DNA of 64,000 nucleotides from Felis catus (lineage: Eukaryota). Positions 23,720 through 35,785 of the stretch are shown one piece after another (within the stretch, counting starts at the first letter, position 1; every line of letters begins with the position of its first letter). The position numbers and the translations under genes were made by a program. Location: the NCBI RefSeq assembly GCF_018350175.1, contig NC_058368.1, positions 96,350,001-96,414,000 of the forward strand, given 5' to 3'. The notes below the pieces were generated by a model. It had not been told where the DNA came from. It made no database searches and saw only the letters and a program-made list of their open reading frames with translations.

Positions 23720-26700
23720 TACAGGAGACTCATTTTAGACATAAAGACACCTGCAGATTGAAAGTGAGGGGATGGAGAACTATATCTCACACTAATGGAT
23801 GTCAGAAGAAAGCTAACTAGCCATACTTATATCAAACAAACTAGATCAAAATTTTTTAATGTGTATTTATTTTTGAGAGACAGATAGACAGACCATGAAT
23901 GATGAAGGGGCAGAGAGAGAGGCAAACACAGAATCTGAAGCAGTCTCCAGGCTCTGAGCTGTCAGCACAGAGCCTGGCTTGGGGCTCTAACTCCCGAACT
24001 GTGAGATTATGACCCAAGCCAAAGTCGGACACTTAACCAACTGAGCCACTTGGTTGCCCCTCAAACAAACTAGATTTTAAAACAAAGACTGTAACAAGAG
24101 ATGAAGAAAGGCATTTATCATACCTAAGGGGTTTATCCATCAAGAAGCCTAACAATTGCAAATATTTATGCCCCCAAATTGGAACAACCAAATAGAAACA
24201 TTAATCACAAACATGAAAAAACTCATTAATAATAATAGAATAATAGTAGGGAACTTTAATACCCCACTTACAACAATGAACAGATCATCCAAGCAGAAAA
24301 TCAACATGGGAACAATGGTTATGAATGACACACTAGACTGGATGGACTTAAGAGATATATTTAGAACATTTCACCCTAAAGCAGTAGAATACATATTTTT
24401 TTCAAAGCACATAGAACATTCTCCAGAGCAGCTCACATAGTGGGTTACAAATCAGTCCTTGACAAGTACAAAAAGATAAAGAACATATCATACATATTTT
24501 CATATCACAATGCTTGAAATCAACCACAAGAAAAAATTTATAAAGTCCTCAAATACATGGAGGTTAAAGAACATTCTACTAAAGAATGAATGGGTTAACC
24601 AGGAAATTAAAGAAGAAATTTAAAAAAAATACAGGAAGCCAAGGAAAATGAAAACATGATAGCCCAAACCCTTGGGATGCAGCAAAGGCAGTCCTAAGAG
24701 GAAAGTATATTGCATTTCAGGCCTACCTAAGACAAGAAAGGTCCCAAATACACAATCTCACATTATACCAAAAGAAGCTAGAAAAAGAACAGCAAATAAA
24801 ACCTAATACCAGCAGAAGGGAAATAATAAAGATTAGAGCAAAATAAATGATACAGAAACCCAGTAGAACAAATCAACAAAACTCAGAGCTAGTTCTTTGA
24901 AAGAATTAACAAAAGTGATAGACACCTAGCTAGACTTATCAAAAAGAAAAGAGAAAGGACCCAAATAGGTAACATCACAAATGAAAGAGGAGAGGTCAGA
25001 ACCAATACCACAGAAATGCAAGCAATTGTAAGAGAATACTATGAAAAATTATATACCAACAAACTGAGCCATCTGGAATAAAGGACAAATTCCCAGAAAC
25101 TCACAAACTACCAAAACTGAAACAGGAAGAAATAGAAAATTTGAACAGATCCATAACCGGCAAAGAAATTGAGTCAGTAATGAAAAATCTCCCAACAAAC
25201 AAGAGTCCTGAGCCAGATGGCTTTCCAGGGCAATTCTACCAGATATTTAAAGAAAGTTGATACCTAGTCTTCTCAAACTGTTCCAAAAAAAAAAAAAAAA
25301 AATAGAAATGGGAGGAAAGCCTCCAAACTAATTCTATGAAGCTAACATTACCTTGAATCCAAAACCAGACAAAGACCCCTCTAAAAAGCAGAACTATAGG
25401 CCTCTATCACTGATGAATATGGATGCAAATGTTCTCAACAAGATGCCAGCAAATCAAATTCAATAGTACATTAAAAGAATTATTCACCATGATCAGCTGG
25501 GATTTATTTGGGGCTGCAGGGCTGGTTCACTATTCACACATCAATCAACATGATACATCACATTAATAAAAGAAAGGATAAGGAGTGTATAATACTGTCA
25601 AAAGATGCAGAAAAAAGGCATTTAACAAAATACAGCATCCATTCTTGATAAAACCCTCAATAAGGTAGAAATAGATGGAATATACCTCAACATCACAAAG
25701 GCCATATGCCAAAGACCCACAGCTAGTATCATCCTCAATGGGGAAAAACTGAGATCCTTTCCCCTAAGGTCAGGAAGAAGACAAGGATAACCACTCCCAC
25801 CATTACTATTTAACATAGTGCTGGAAGTACTCAGCAACCAGACAACAAAAAGAAATAAAGGGTATACAAATTGGCAATGAAGAAGTCAAACTTCCACTAT
25901 TTGCATGATAATCTATGTAGAAAACCCAAAAGACTCCACCAAAAAAAAATTGTTAGAACTAATACATGAATTCAGCAAAGTCACAAGTTATAAAATCAAC
26001 ATACAGAAATCTGTTGCCATTCCTACACACCAATAGCAAAGCAGCAGAAAAAGAACTCAAGGAATCAATTCCATTTACAACTGCACCAAAAACGGTAAGA
26101 TTTATAGGAATAAACCTAACTAAAGAGGTAAAAGATCTGTGCTTTGAAAGCTATAGAAGACTTATGAAAGATATTGAAGACAATAAGAAATGGAAAACAT
26201 TCTACGCTAATGGAGTGGAAGAACAAACACTGTTAAAATGACTATACTACCCAAGGCAATTCACATATTCAAGGCAATCCCTATAAAGATACCACCAGCA
26301 TTCTTCACAGAGTTAAATCAAACAATCCTGAAATTTGTATGGAAACACACAAGACCCCAAAGAGCCAAAGCAATCCTGGAAAAGAAAAACAAAACGGAGA
26401 CATCATGATTCCGGATTTCAAGCTATATTACAAAGCTGTCGTCATCGAGACAGTATGGTGCTGACACAAAAATAGACACAGAGATCAATGGAACAAAACA
26501 GAAAACCCAAAAATGGATCCATATCTGTATGGTCAACTCTTCTTCAATAAATCAGGAAAGAAGATCCAATAGGAAAAATACAGCCTCTTCAACAAATGGT
26601 GTTGAGAAAACTAGACAGTGACATGCAGAAGAATGAAACTGGACCACTTTCTTACACCACACACAAAAATAAATTCAAAATGGGTAAGAAACCTAAATGT

Positions 26701-26823
26701 GATACAAGAAACCATGAAAATCCTAGAGATTTTAGGCAGCAATCTCTGACCTTGGCCAGAGCAACTAGACATGTCACTGACAGCTAAGGAAACAAAAACA
26801 AATATGAACTATTGGGACTTTAA

Positions 26824-26863
<40 letters not shown>

Positions 26864-27845
26864 TCTGTACAGCAAAGGAAACAACAACAACAAAAAACCT
26901 AAAAGGCAGCCTACAGAATGGGCGAGGATATTTGCAAATGATATATCTGATAAAGGGTTAGTATCCAAAAATCAATGAGAACATATAAAACTCAACAACC
27001 CGGTTAAGAAATGGAAAGAAGACATGAATAGATACTTCTCCAAAGACGACATCCAGATATGTAACAGACACATGAAAAGATAGTCAGCATCACTCAACAT
27101 CAGGGAAATACAAATCAAAATTGTAATTGATCAGATTCCACCTCACACCTCTCAGAATGACTAAAATTAACAACACAAGAAACAGCAGGTGTTGGCAAGG
27201 ATGAAGAAAAAGGGGAACCCACTTCCACTGCTGGTGGGAAGACAAATTAATGCAGCCACTATGGAAAGCAGTATGGAGGTTCCTCAAAAATCTAAAAATA
27301 GAACGACCTTATAATTAGCAGTACAAAAATACAGATTTGAAGGGGTATTTGCTCCCTGATGTTTATAACAACATTATCAACGAGAGTCAAACTATGGAGA
27401 GAGCCCAAATGTCCATTAACTGATGAAAAGATAAAGATGTGGTGCATATGTACACAGTGGAATATTACTCAGCCATCAAAAAATGACATCTTGCCTTTTG
27501 CAACAACGTGGATGGAGCTAGAGTGTATTACGCTAAGCAAAGTCAGTCAGAGAGAGACAAACACCCTATGATTTCACTCGTATGTGGAATTTAATAAACA
27601 AAAAGATGAATATACAGGACGGGAGGGGAGAAAGAGAAAGGGAACTGCAAGAGACTTTTAACAATAGAGAAGAAACTGAAGGTTGCTGGAAGGAAGTGGG
27701 GGATGGGCACTGAGGAGGGCACTTGTTGGGATGAACACCCAGTGTTGCATGTAAGTGACTAATCACTGGATTCTACTTCTGAAACCAATATTGCAATGTT
27801 TATTCACTAAAATATAAACAAGAATACAAAAATAAAATGCTAAAA
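23720..27845 (+). mobile_element. Younger carnivore LINE-1 (most of ORF2 plus 3' UTR) nested in the older L1
   Basis: Restarts in the endonuclease region (acaggagactcattttagacataaagacacc); IIVGNFNTPLTTMNRSSKQKIN peptide; 3' UTR gagggcacttgttgggatgaacaccc; A-rich end. Confidence 0.92.
23847..24060 (-). mobile_element. Can-SINE inside younger L1
   Basis: TSD tcaaacaaactagat on both sides. Confidence 0.93.
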
Positions 27846-28650
27846 AATAAAGAAGTGTTGACACAGATATGGAGACAAGGGAAGTTCTGTGCACTGTTAG
27901 TGGGAACATAAATTTGTGCAGCCACTATGAAAAAGGGAAGTCCCTCAAGAAATTAAAAATAGAAATATTGCCTGATTCAGTAATTCCAATTCTGTATATT
28001 TATCCAAAGAAAATGAAACTATGAAATAAAAAAGATAAATGCACCCCTACATTTACTGCAGCATTATTTACAAGTGCCAAGATACAGAGGCAACCTAAGT
28101 CTTCATTGATAGATAAATAAAGAAGATGTGGCAAACATATATACAATGGAATATTACTCAGCCATGGCCATAAGCCAGGCCAAAAGCCTTGGCCTTATCC
28201 ATGGGAAAGAATAAAACACTGCCATTCACGACACCAGAGACACACAGAGAGGGTATTATGGTAAGTCAAGTAAGTCAGACAGAAAAAGGTAAACTATATG
28301 ACCACACTTATATGTGGAATGTATGAGAAGTCAAATGAACAAAAAAATTGGAAGCAGACTCATAAATGGAACAAAGTAGCAGTTGCCAGAGGCAAGTGGT
28401 GAGAGGGGTGAAATAAGTGAAGGAGATTCAGAGGAGCAAATTTCCAGTTTTAAAATAAATAAGTCACAGGAATGCAAACTACAGCATAGGGAATACAGTC
28501 CATAACACTGTAGTAACTTTGTACGGTGACAGATGGTAACTATACGATCACGGTAAGCGTTTTGTACTGTATATACTTGGCAAATCACTAAGTGGGACAC
28601 CTGAAACTAATATAATATTGTCGGTCTACTACACTTCATTAAAAAAAAAA
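27846..28650 (+). mobile_element. Older LINE-1 part 2 (end of ORF2, 3' UTR, poly(A))
   Basis: Resumes where part 1 stopped (aagtgttgacacagatatggag); 3' UTR tacagcatagggaatacagtc...cctgaaactaatataatattg; A tail. Confidence 0.9.
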
Positions 28651-28678
28651 TGAATGGAAGATTCACAAAATAAAAAAA

Positions 28679-28872
28679 TAGTGGTCTTCACATTTTGTTG
28701 TACATTAATGTCATCTGGGGAGCGAGTTAAGCCCCCCTAGCTTTCTTGGCCTTGCCGCTAGACAGTTGAATTCAAGAGGCCTAAGGTGGCCCTAGATGTA
28801 CCTCTGTTCTTACTGCTTCCGTCAAAAATTAGAACACAAATGGTTTGCTGACCACACTTCAGGGAAACTCTG
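28679..28872. mobile_element. MER5A-like hAT MITE
   Basis: agtggtcttcacatttt...tcatctgggg...gaccacacttcagggaaactctg. Confidence 0.5.
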
Positions 28873-29085
28873 ATCTAGGTAAATATTTTTTCATGCCCTA
28901 AGCACTAATTTGATTATATAGTCTCTATTCCCCAATCACACACTCATTAAAACGGTTTTGAAAGTAAAAATATTAAACTGTAAAAAAAAAAGCGTTTAAA
29001 AAATCGAACACAATTCCCTTTCCCCTCTTTTTTTTTTTTTTTTCAAAAGCAATTTTAAAGCTCTTTTTGAAATCTCACTCAAATA

Positions 29086-29316
29086 GAGGTGCCTGGGTGG
29101 CTCAGTCAGTTGAACGTCTGACTTCGGCTCAGGTCATGATCTCACGGTTCGTGGGTTCAAGCCCTGCATCAGGCTCTATGCTGACAGCTCACAGCCTGGA
29201 GCCTGCTTCAGATTCTGTGTCTCCCTCTCTCTCTCTGCCCCTCCCCTGCTCATGCTCACTGGTGCTCTCTCTCTCTCTCTCTAACAATAAAAAAAAATAA
29301 AATAAAATAAAACATT
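29086..29316 (+). mobile_element. Can-SINE
   Basis: Full body; TSD gaaatctcactcaaata / gaaatatcactctaata. Confidence 0.95.
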
Positions 29317-29439
29317 GAAATATCACTCTAATAAATTTACCACCTTAGTTTGGGTGGAGTCCTTGATTTATTGGTGCCTGTGGTCAGTCTCAATTTGCCT
29401 ACTGAGCCGCCCCTACAGGTGAACTACAGATTGTCACTT

Positions 29440-29698
29440 AGTGAGAAAAGTAGCCTGAGGTTGCTGGGTATGAAATTCTCATGCTATTCAGTACTAGAGG
29501 GGTGGCTTGTTTCAAATTCCCCAAATTCTGTTTCTTCATTTTAAAAGCAGACATAATCATACCTACCTCAGTATGACTATGATATGAATCGGATTGGTTA
29601 GCCAACAGAAGTGGACCAATTAGCACAAAGTAAGCACCCAATCCACAGCATCTGACAGTGTATAATGAACTCAATAATCGGTAACTGTTGTCATGATT
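29440..29698 (+). mobile_element. MIR SINE
   Basis: ctgtttcttcattttaaaagcagacataatcatacctacctcag core; ctcaataa end. Confidence 0.6.
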
Positions 29699-30499
29699 AC
29701 TGCAACAGGGTAAGTTGTGATTATAGATAATTATATTTCTCGTTTGGTGAATTTTCTGTTCTCATTTGGGGGCCAGGCGATATCATCGCTGGTAGGCTGT
29801 TATGTGTCGTTTTGTGTCTTACCATTTTGTATACGCTGTTTAGCTTTGAGGTTTTTCACAAGTATCCTTAAGCCTGAAATTAGCAGATTAGTGAAATTAT
29901 GAACTGGTACAGGGAATTTCTTTTTACACAAAACTGTAACTCAGCATGTTTTCAATGGCCTCTGATAACCTGTCTTTTTTTTTTTTTTAAACCTTTGTTA
30001 GTGTGGGATTTGGAGTTTGGGATATGTGTTTGTATTATTATTTTCTGCTTGTGAAATTATTTTGACTTTACTGTGTAGGGTCATGGCCAGACATGCAATA
30101 ATTATATCAGCAATTCTTTGTGTAAATGACTTCAGAGCTCACCACCATCCTATTAAACATTCACTATTCTTGAGCTCTCTCTGACTGTAAAATGTATGGA
30201 TACATCTGCATTTTTCAGTAACGTGCTCGTGATGGGTGTTTAAGGTCTAGTTTCCCCTACAAAATGTTGCATTGACAAAAACAATGAGTATAAAGTTTAA
30301 CTTGTAAAAATTTCTCCTGAAACTTTGTGATTATGTCTCTATTACTATCTTATATCTGTCATTGAAGAGTAAAACCAAATTCATTCTGACTTCTGTTTGG
30401 TGGGTAAACCGTATTTTTGGCATAGATGCTTGCATAATTTTATTCGTGATTTTGTAATTAATTGTTTTGCCTGAATACATCCAGACTCATTGACCTCTC

Positions 30500-30502
<3 letters not shown>

Positions 30503-30553
<51 letters not shown>

Positions 30554-30637
30554 TATATATACATATATACATATGTATATATATACATATGTGTATATAT
30601 ATATATATATACATATATACATATATGTATATATATA
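30503..30637. repeat. (TA)n/(CA)n/(TATG)n compound microsatellite
   Basis: Directly visible. Confidence 0.98.
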
Positions 30638-30700
30638 CTTGCATTGTGATAAGCCATCACATTTCAATGTGATCACGGATTCTTTTTCTTTGTTTGAAAG

Positions 30701-30995
30701 CACAGGTCATCAACTCCAATAACCCGGGTGTCTAGACAAGTGAATAGTGAAGAGGGTCCTGAGAGAAAACGCAGGCCCCACCTAAAGAGAGTAGCAGCTA
30801 CTCAAATTTAAGAAGTGGTTGCCATTTGGAAACAGTGGCTAACTGTACCCATGTAGTCGAATTTCTCAAGAGAAGTTGTGATATCACACTATTTAAATAT
30901 TGGCCTAACATTTTTTTTTCTTCAAATGACGTTGTACAGGCCACATAAATTATCTGCCAGCCCCATTTGGTGATAGACTATCATTTGACATCACT
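30701..30995 (+). mobile_element. MER102-like hAT-Charlie element
   Basis: cctaaagagagtagcagctactca...gttgccat...tttctcaagagaag...tttaaatattggc...gtacaggcca matches MER102 layout as recalled. Confidence 0.6.
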
Positions 30996-31029
30996 TAGTT
31001 ACAATTATCAATTCATCTTTCTGTGATCC

Positions 31030-31110
31030 ATCCAGTCAGCAAATATTTACTGAGTGACTGTGATGTGTCCATCCTTAGCTAGGCAACTTGATATAAGGTA
31101 GATCCCCTTT
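31030..31110 (-). mobile_element. L2 3'-end fragment
   Basis: cagcaaatatttactgagtgactgtgatgtgtcca. Confidence 0.55.
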
Positions 31111-31525
31111 TAGTGAATGCTATTGGTTTGATTTTTTTTCCCTTGTGCTTTTTCTGACCTTCTTCAGAAAAATCTTGGGTTGGATGTCGTTACCTACACT
31201 TCGCATTTTCATCTCCTTTCTTATTTACATGCCTTTTAGCTCTGCTTTCAAGTTTATCATCCACATCCTGGATTCACTTTCTGCAATGCCAGATCTCTTC
31301 TTTACTCACTATGAGAAGGACTTCACTTAGACTACAGTTTTAGTCTCCTTGTGACTCTGCTTTACGTCGTAAAACCTGTGTAATTTATTCTTCTTGCTTC
31401 TGCTTAGAAATGTTATCATTATGCATGATAATGCAAATCAGTTTTGAAATACTCTTCCTCAGAATATTCAGAATTATATCCCCTAGCTCTTGTATTGTCA
31501 TATTTGCTTGCAGGTCCTATTTTGG

Positions 31526-31528
<3 letters not shown>

Positions 31529-31568
<40 letters not shown>
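31529..31568. repeat. (GT)n microsatellite
   Basis: Directly visible. Confidence 0.98.
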
Positions 31569-31569
<1 letters not shown>

Positions 31570-31655
31570 CCATTTAAAATTCTTTACTGTTAATTGCATG
31601 AGAAATATTATCTTGATTCAGTATAGGCCTACAGGGAGATGGCCCTTAGATCTTA

Positions 31656-32072
31656 GTTTTTTTTTATATAATTTATTGTCGAGTTGGCTCGCATACAGTG
31701 TATACAGTGTGCTCTTGGTTTTAGGGGTAGAGTCCCATGATTCATTGCTTACATACAACACCCAGTGCTCCTCCCAGCAAGTGCCCTCCTCAATGCCCAT
31801 CACCCATGTTCCCCTTTTACCTGCCTCCCTCCCGCATTAGCCCTCAGTTTGTTCTCTGTATTTAAGAGTCTCTTATGGTTTGCCTCCCTCCCTCTCTGTA
31901 ACTATTTTTCCCCTTCCTCCATGGTCTTTTGTTAAGTTTCTCAAGTTCCACATATGAATAAAAACATGATATCTGTCATTCTCTGAGTGACTTGTTTCAC
32001 TTTGCATAATACCCTCCAGCTCCATCCACGTGGCTGAAAATGGCAAGATTTCATTCCTTCTCATTGCCCAGT
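31656..32072 (-). mobile_element. Felid LINE-1 3' end (5'-truncated)
   Basis: Antisense 3' UTR (acccagtgctcctcccagcaagtgccctcctcaatgccc); ORF2 C-terminal peptide NEILPFSATWMELEGIM; poly(T). Confidence 0.92.
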
Positions 32073-34341
32073 GATCTCTCCTCTGATTTTCAATCTATAC
32101 TTTGATTCCGGAAGAAACCTTCACTTAAATGAATTGAACAGGCTCATGTGCAAGCTTCCCAGCCTAATGCTCAGTGTCCAATATCAAATAAGGCAGCTAT
32201 GCTCACCGAGAAGACAATAAGAAAATTAAGAACAATCCAGAGCTCACACTGCTACTTCAATTCCTCTAGGCTATAATCTCCCTGTAGCATTACGATCCCA
32301 TAATCCATGTAATGCAATGGGCTTCCAATAGCTTCTTGCCCCTCCCCTTTCCAAAAAGCTCATCTTCCTGTCCTGATTATTTGCTCTGAATACAATAGGT
32401 AAGGTGAAGTACAAAGATGAATAATGTCTTCCAAATGCCACTAACACATATTAACTCTCCGTATGCCTCAGACTCCATCAGATCAAATTTTAGTTTTTGA
32501 GTTTCTTCTTTGAGCAATTCTAACTTTCTGTAAGGATGAATATTTAATAACTTTTATTCTTACTCAAGGTTCTCCTGGGATCAGACAGAAATTTTACTAA
32601 TTTTGCAAAATGTTATGAAACATTCAATCTAGGCATTACCAAATGGATCCACTGAGCCTTTTCTATCTATGCTTCATCATGGACAATTCATGCTTAATTT
32701 TTCCTTATCTCAAAGTATTTCATTATTCATCATGCTAGAGATTACTGTATCATTAAATCTTCATTACTCATCAGTTATCACCAGTGATGGTTGAAATAAC
32801 TAAAAACAGGAAAATAGAAACCATGATGGAGTAGCCTGGAAGTGATATAATTTCCTTCATTGGTTTTCTTACTATGTTATCTAAAGAATTATACCATCTT
32901 TCTAAGGTATAAAAGAAGACTGAAGATACTATCTGTATTGGGCTGTTTACTTTTATCAAAGACAACTGAGAATTCAGAATTTTTGAATTTCCACCCAAAA
33001 TACCAACCAAAGAAACTGACAAAGGAAAAGATGTTTCACAAGGCAGCACGGCATTCAAGATAAAAATGAGAGTCAAATTATTTGTGTAAGTGAAATCCAG
33101 TATGAATTTTCTTAAGAACTTCTGAGTGAACAATGTGTTTCTCAGACTATAAAGAAAAAATATATACCAGTTAGTCATAAAACAAGAACCTAACAACACA
33201 GTATTTCATTTCAAGAACGTAAATCATCCCATTTTGCTCCAAGTGTGATAGTATTCTTGCACCTTTTATCATGTTTGTATGCTACAATTCTCTCGACACA
33301 AAAAGTGTTGCTGCGTTTAGACTAATAATTCTAGTTCTTTTTAACATCTCTTTATTCTTCTGTAAAGTTTTCATAAAATGACTAAAAAGTATAAAAACTG
33401 AAAAGGGGTTTACTAGACCTAGGCGGTAATTGCAATGACTATATTCTTGGTTTCCTAAAGGCTTAGCAAAGATCACGTGCTAGTTGCTGGCAGTGTCTGA
33501 TGATGGCATCATCAACACCAAATCATTTAAATCATAAATGGGTCACAGATTATCATTCTCAATTAACTGATATACCTTCACTGTAAGAACAGTAGGGTAA
33601 TTTGTTCATCTTCACTTACGGGAAAAATGTGAAATTTCCTCTCTATCTCTAAGCACACATTGTTAGGAAAAGGGCAGGTAGGGAAATCTCCATCAGAGGC
33701 TGCTAACTAAATGTCATTTTAAATCTGAAGTCTTTATTTGCTTTAAAATGGAAAAAAAAACAGAATGGGAAAGAAAGAATGGTAGACTTAAAAAAAAAAA
33801 AAAGACCAAGGAAAAGAAAACAAAATCAGGAAGAAAGAGATTAATTAGGGGAGAAAAATGAGAAAAGAGCTTCAGAGGAAAAGATAGGGCTTACGTGTTG
33901 GAAGGATTTTTAGAAAGAATGAGATTATCCAGTTCAAACATCTTATCACTCACACATTCATCAGCCACATATTTACCTACCATCACATCAAAATGTGCCA
34001 AGGACAATGCTGGGAACACCATCATGGAGTCTGTCTTCCCAGGGTTCATAGTGCATTTGGCAAGATGAAAAAGTAACCTGTTTTCCCCATTTCACATTAA
34101 ATCTTCAGTTTCTAAGACAACCACATCACAACCGACATATTCAGACGGACTAAACGTTATGCTGACAATATAGAGGAGCCAGATGGGATGAGTATAGAAG
34201 AAATAAAAGTACAATGGAAAGTCAGGGGTGGATAAGTCAAAGTCCACAATTTATCAGAAAATACCATGCTGCCTCATTTTTTATCAAAAAAAAAAAATCC
34301 CCTAAAGAGCTTATAGTACCTTTTAGAAATAAATGAAGTAT

Positions 34342-34555
34342 TTTTTTAAGTTTATTTATTGATTTTGAAAGAGAGAGAGAAAGCAAGGGAGGGGCAGAGA
34401 GAGAGGGAGGGAGAGAGGATCTCAGGCAGGCTCTGCACAGTCTGCGTGGAGCCAGGCGTGGAGACCCACCCAGAGCTTGAACTCATGAATTCTAAGATCT
34501 TGACCTGGGCCGAAATCAAGAGTCAGGCTTAACCGACTAATTCACCCAGTCACTA
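34342..34555 (-). mobile_element. Older Can-SINE
   Basis: Antisense body; degenerate TSD gaaataaatgaagtatttt / gaagtaagtgaatatttt. Confidence 0.88.
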
Positions 34556-34633
34556 TGAAGTAAGTGAATATTTTAAGAGACGTAAAAGGAAGGAATTTAT
34601 GATGCTTGGGAGAGGTCTTAAAGAAGTTATTCA

Positions 34634-34855
34634 GTGGCGCCTGGGTGGCTTAGTGGGTTAAGCATCCGACTTCGGCTCAGGTCATGATCTCACGGTCCGT
34701 GACTTCGAGCCCCGTGTCAGGCTCTGTGCTGACAGCTCAGAGCCTGGAGCCTGCTTCAGATTCTATGTCTCCCTCTCTCTCCGACCCTCCCCCATTGATG
34801 CTCTGTCTCTCTCTGTCTCAAAAATAAATAAACATTAAAAAAAATTTTTTTTTAA
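34634..34855 (+). mobile_element. Can-SINE
   Basis: Full body; TSD aagttattca on both sides. Confidence 0.95.
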
Positions 34856-35347
34856 AAGTTATTCAAAGTAGGCTTCAGACAGGAGGGGGCATAACAACAG
34901 CTTTTTTTTTTTTTTCAAGTATAAGATCCCCAAGCATACCCCAAGGAAAAGGACATTCTAAAGACAGAAAAGAAATGCACAGGCTTGGGAGAAAACAGAG
35001 CTGTTGTATTCAGGAAGCGTAAAATCACCGGATGTGAATTGAAACTAAAGCTCATCAGGTACAAAATTCTGGTGGCAGGTGACAGTGCCAAGAAACTGGC
35101 CACACTAGCCAGTGTCTGCATAGGGATTTATACACTGCTCAGAAGGCAACAGGGGGCTTTTTAAGCACAGTGACACTAACCCTCTCTGAACTTCATTTTT
35201 CTCATTTATAAAACAGAGGCGAAGTGCAGCTTCTGTAAACTGGCATTATATTCTGAATTCCCTGTTTTTGCTGATGAACAAAGCAGTAAGGATCCAAGAT
35301 AGGTAAATCTGACCTGACCAATTAAAGGAAAGTTGGTTTCTTCCTGT

Positions 35348-35563
35348 GTTTTGGGTTGTTTTTTTTTTAAGTTTATTTATTTTGAGAGAGAGAGTGAGTG
35401 AGTGTCGGGGGAAGGGCAGAGATAGAGGAAATGAGAGAATCCCAAGTAGGCTCCGTGCTGTTAGCATGGAGTCTGACTCAGGGCTTGATTTCAGGACCTG
35501 AGATCATGACCTGAGCAGAGATCAAGGGTCAGGTGCTTAACCGACTGAGCCACCCAGGTGCCC
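35348..35563 (-). mobile_element. Older Can-SINE
   Basis: TSD ttggtttcttcctgt / ttgatttcttcctgt. Confidence 0.92.
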
Positions 35564-35785
35564 TTGATTTCTTCCTGTTTAAGACAGACTTTCTCAGGTT
35601 GATTTTTTCACTCGGTTCAAAGCTCAAAGTCAAAACCAGGAATGGCTCCCCCTCTCAAAGCATCCTCCCTCCCTTTTCTCTTTCTGAAGATGTTTCAGAT
35701 ACAGAGAAAAGGGAGAGTTCTTACAGAACTGCTCAGAGGGCTCTCCAATTTATCTGCAGTCTATATTTGTAAGGATTGAGGAAGT

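Larger units (their letters stand above)
33945..35180 (-). mobile_element. L2 fragments interrupted by two SINEs
   Basis: cattcatcagccacatatttacctac...atgtgccaagg end; downstream purine-rich L2-like sequence. Confidence 0.45.

Noticed and set aside
19940..27845. Possible active reverse transcriptase/endonuclease gene
   Set aside because: Both L1 ORF2 copies are broken by many stops, frameshifts and SINE insertions.
30458..30722. YI-repeat ORFs
   Set aside because: Translations of a (TA)n microsatellite.
32771..33199. 142-aa minus-strand ORF
   Set aside because: No recognisable domain, no ATG at the called start, composition typical of random AT-rich DNA, no convincing splice context.
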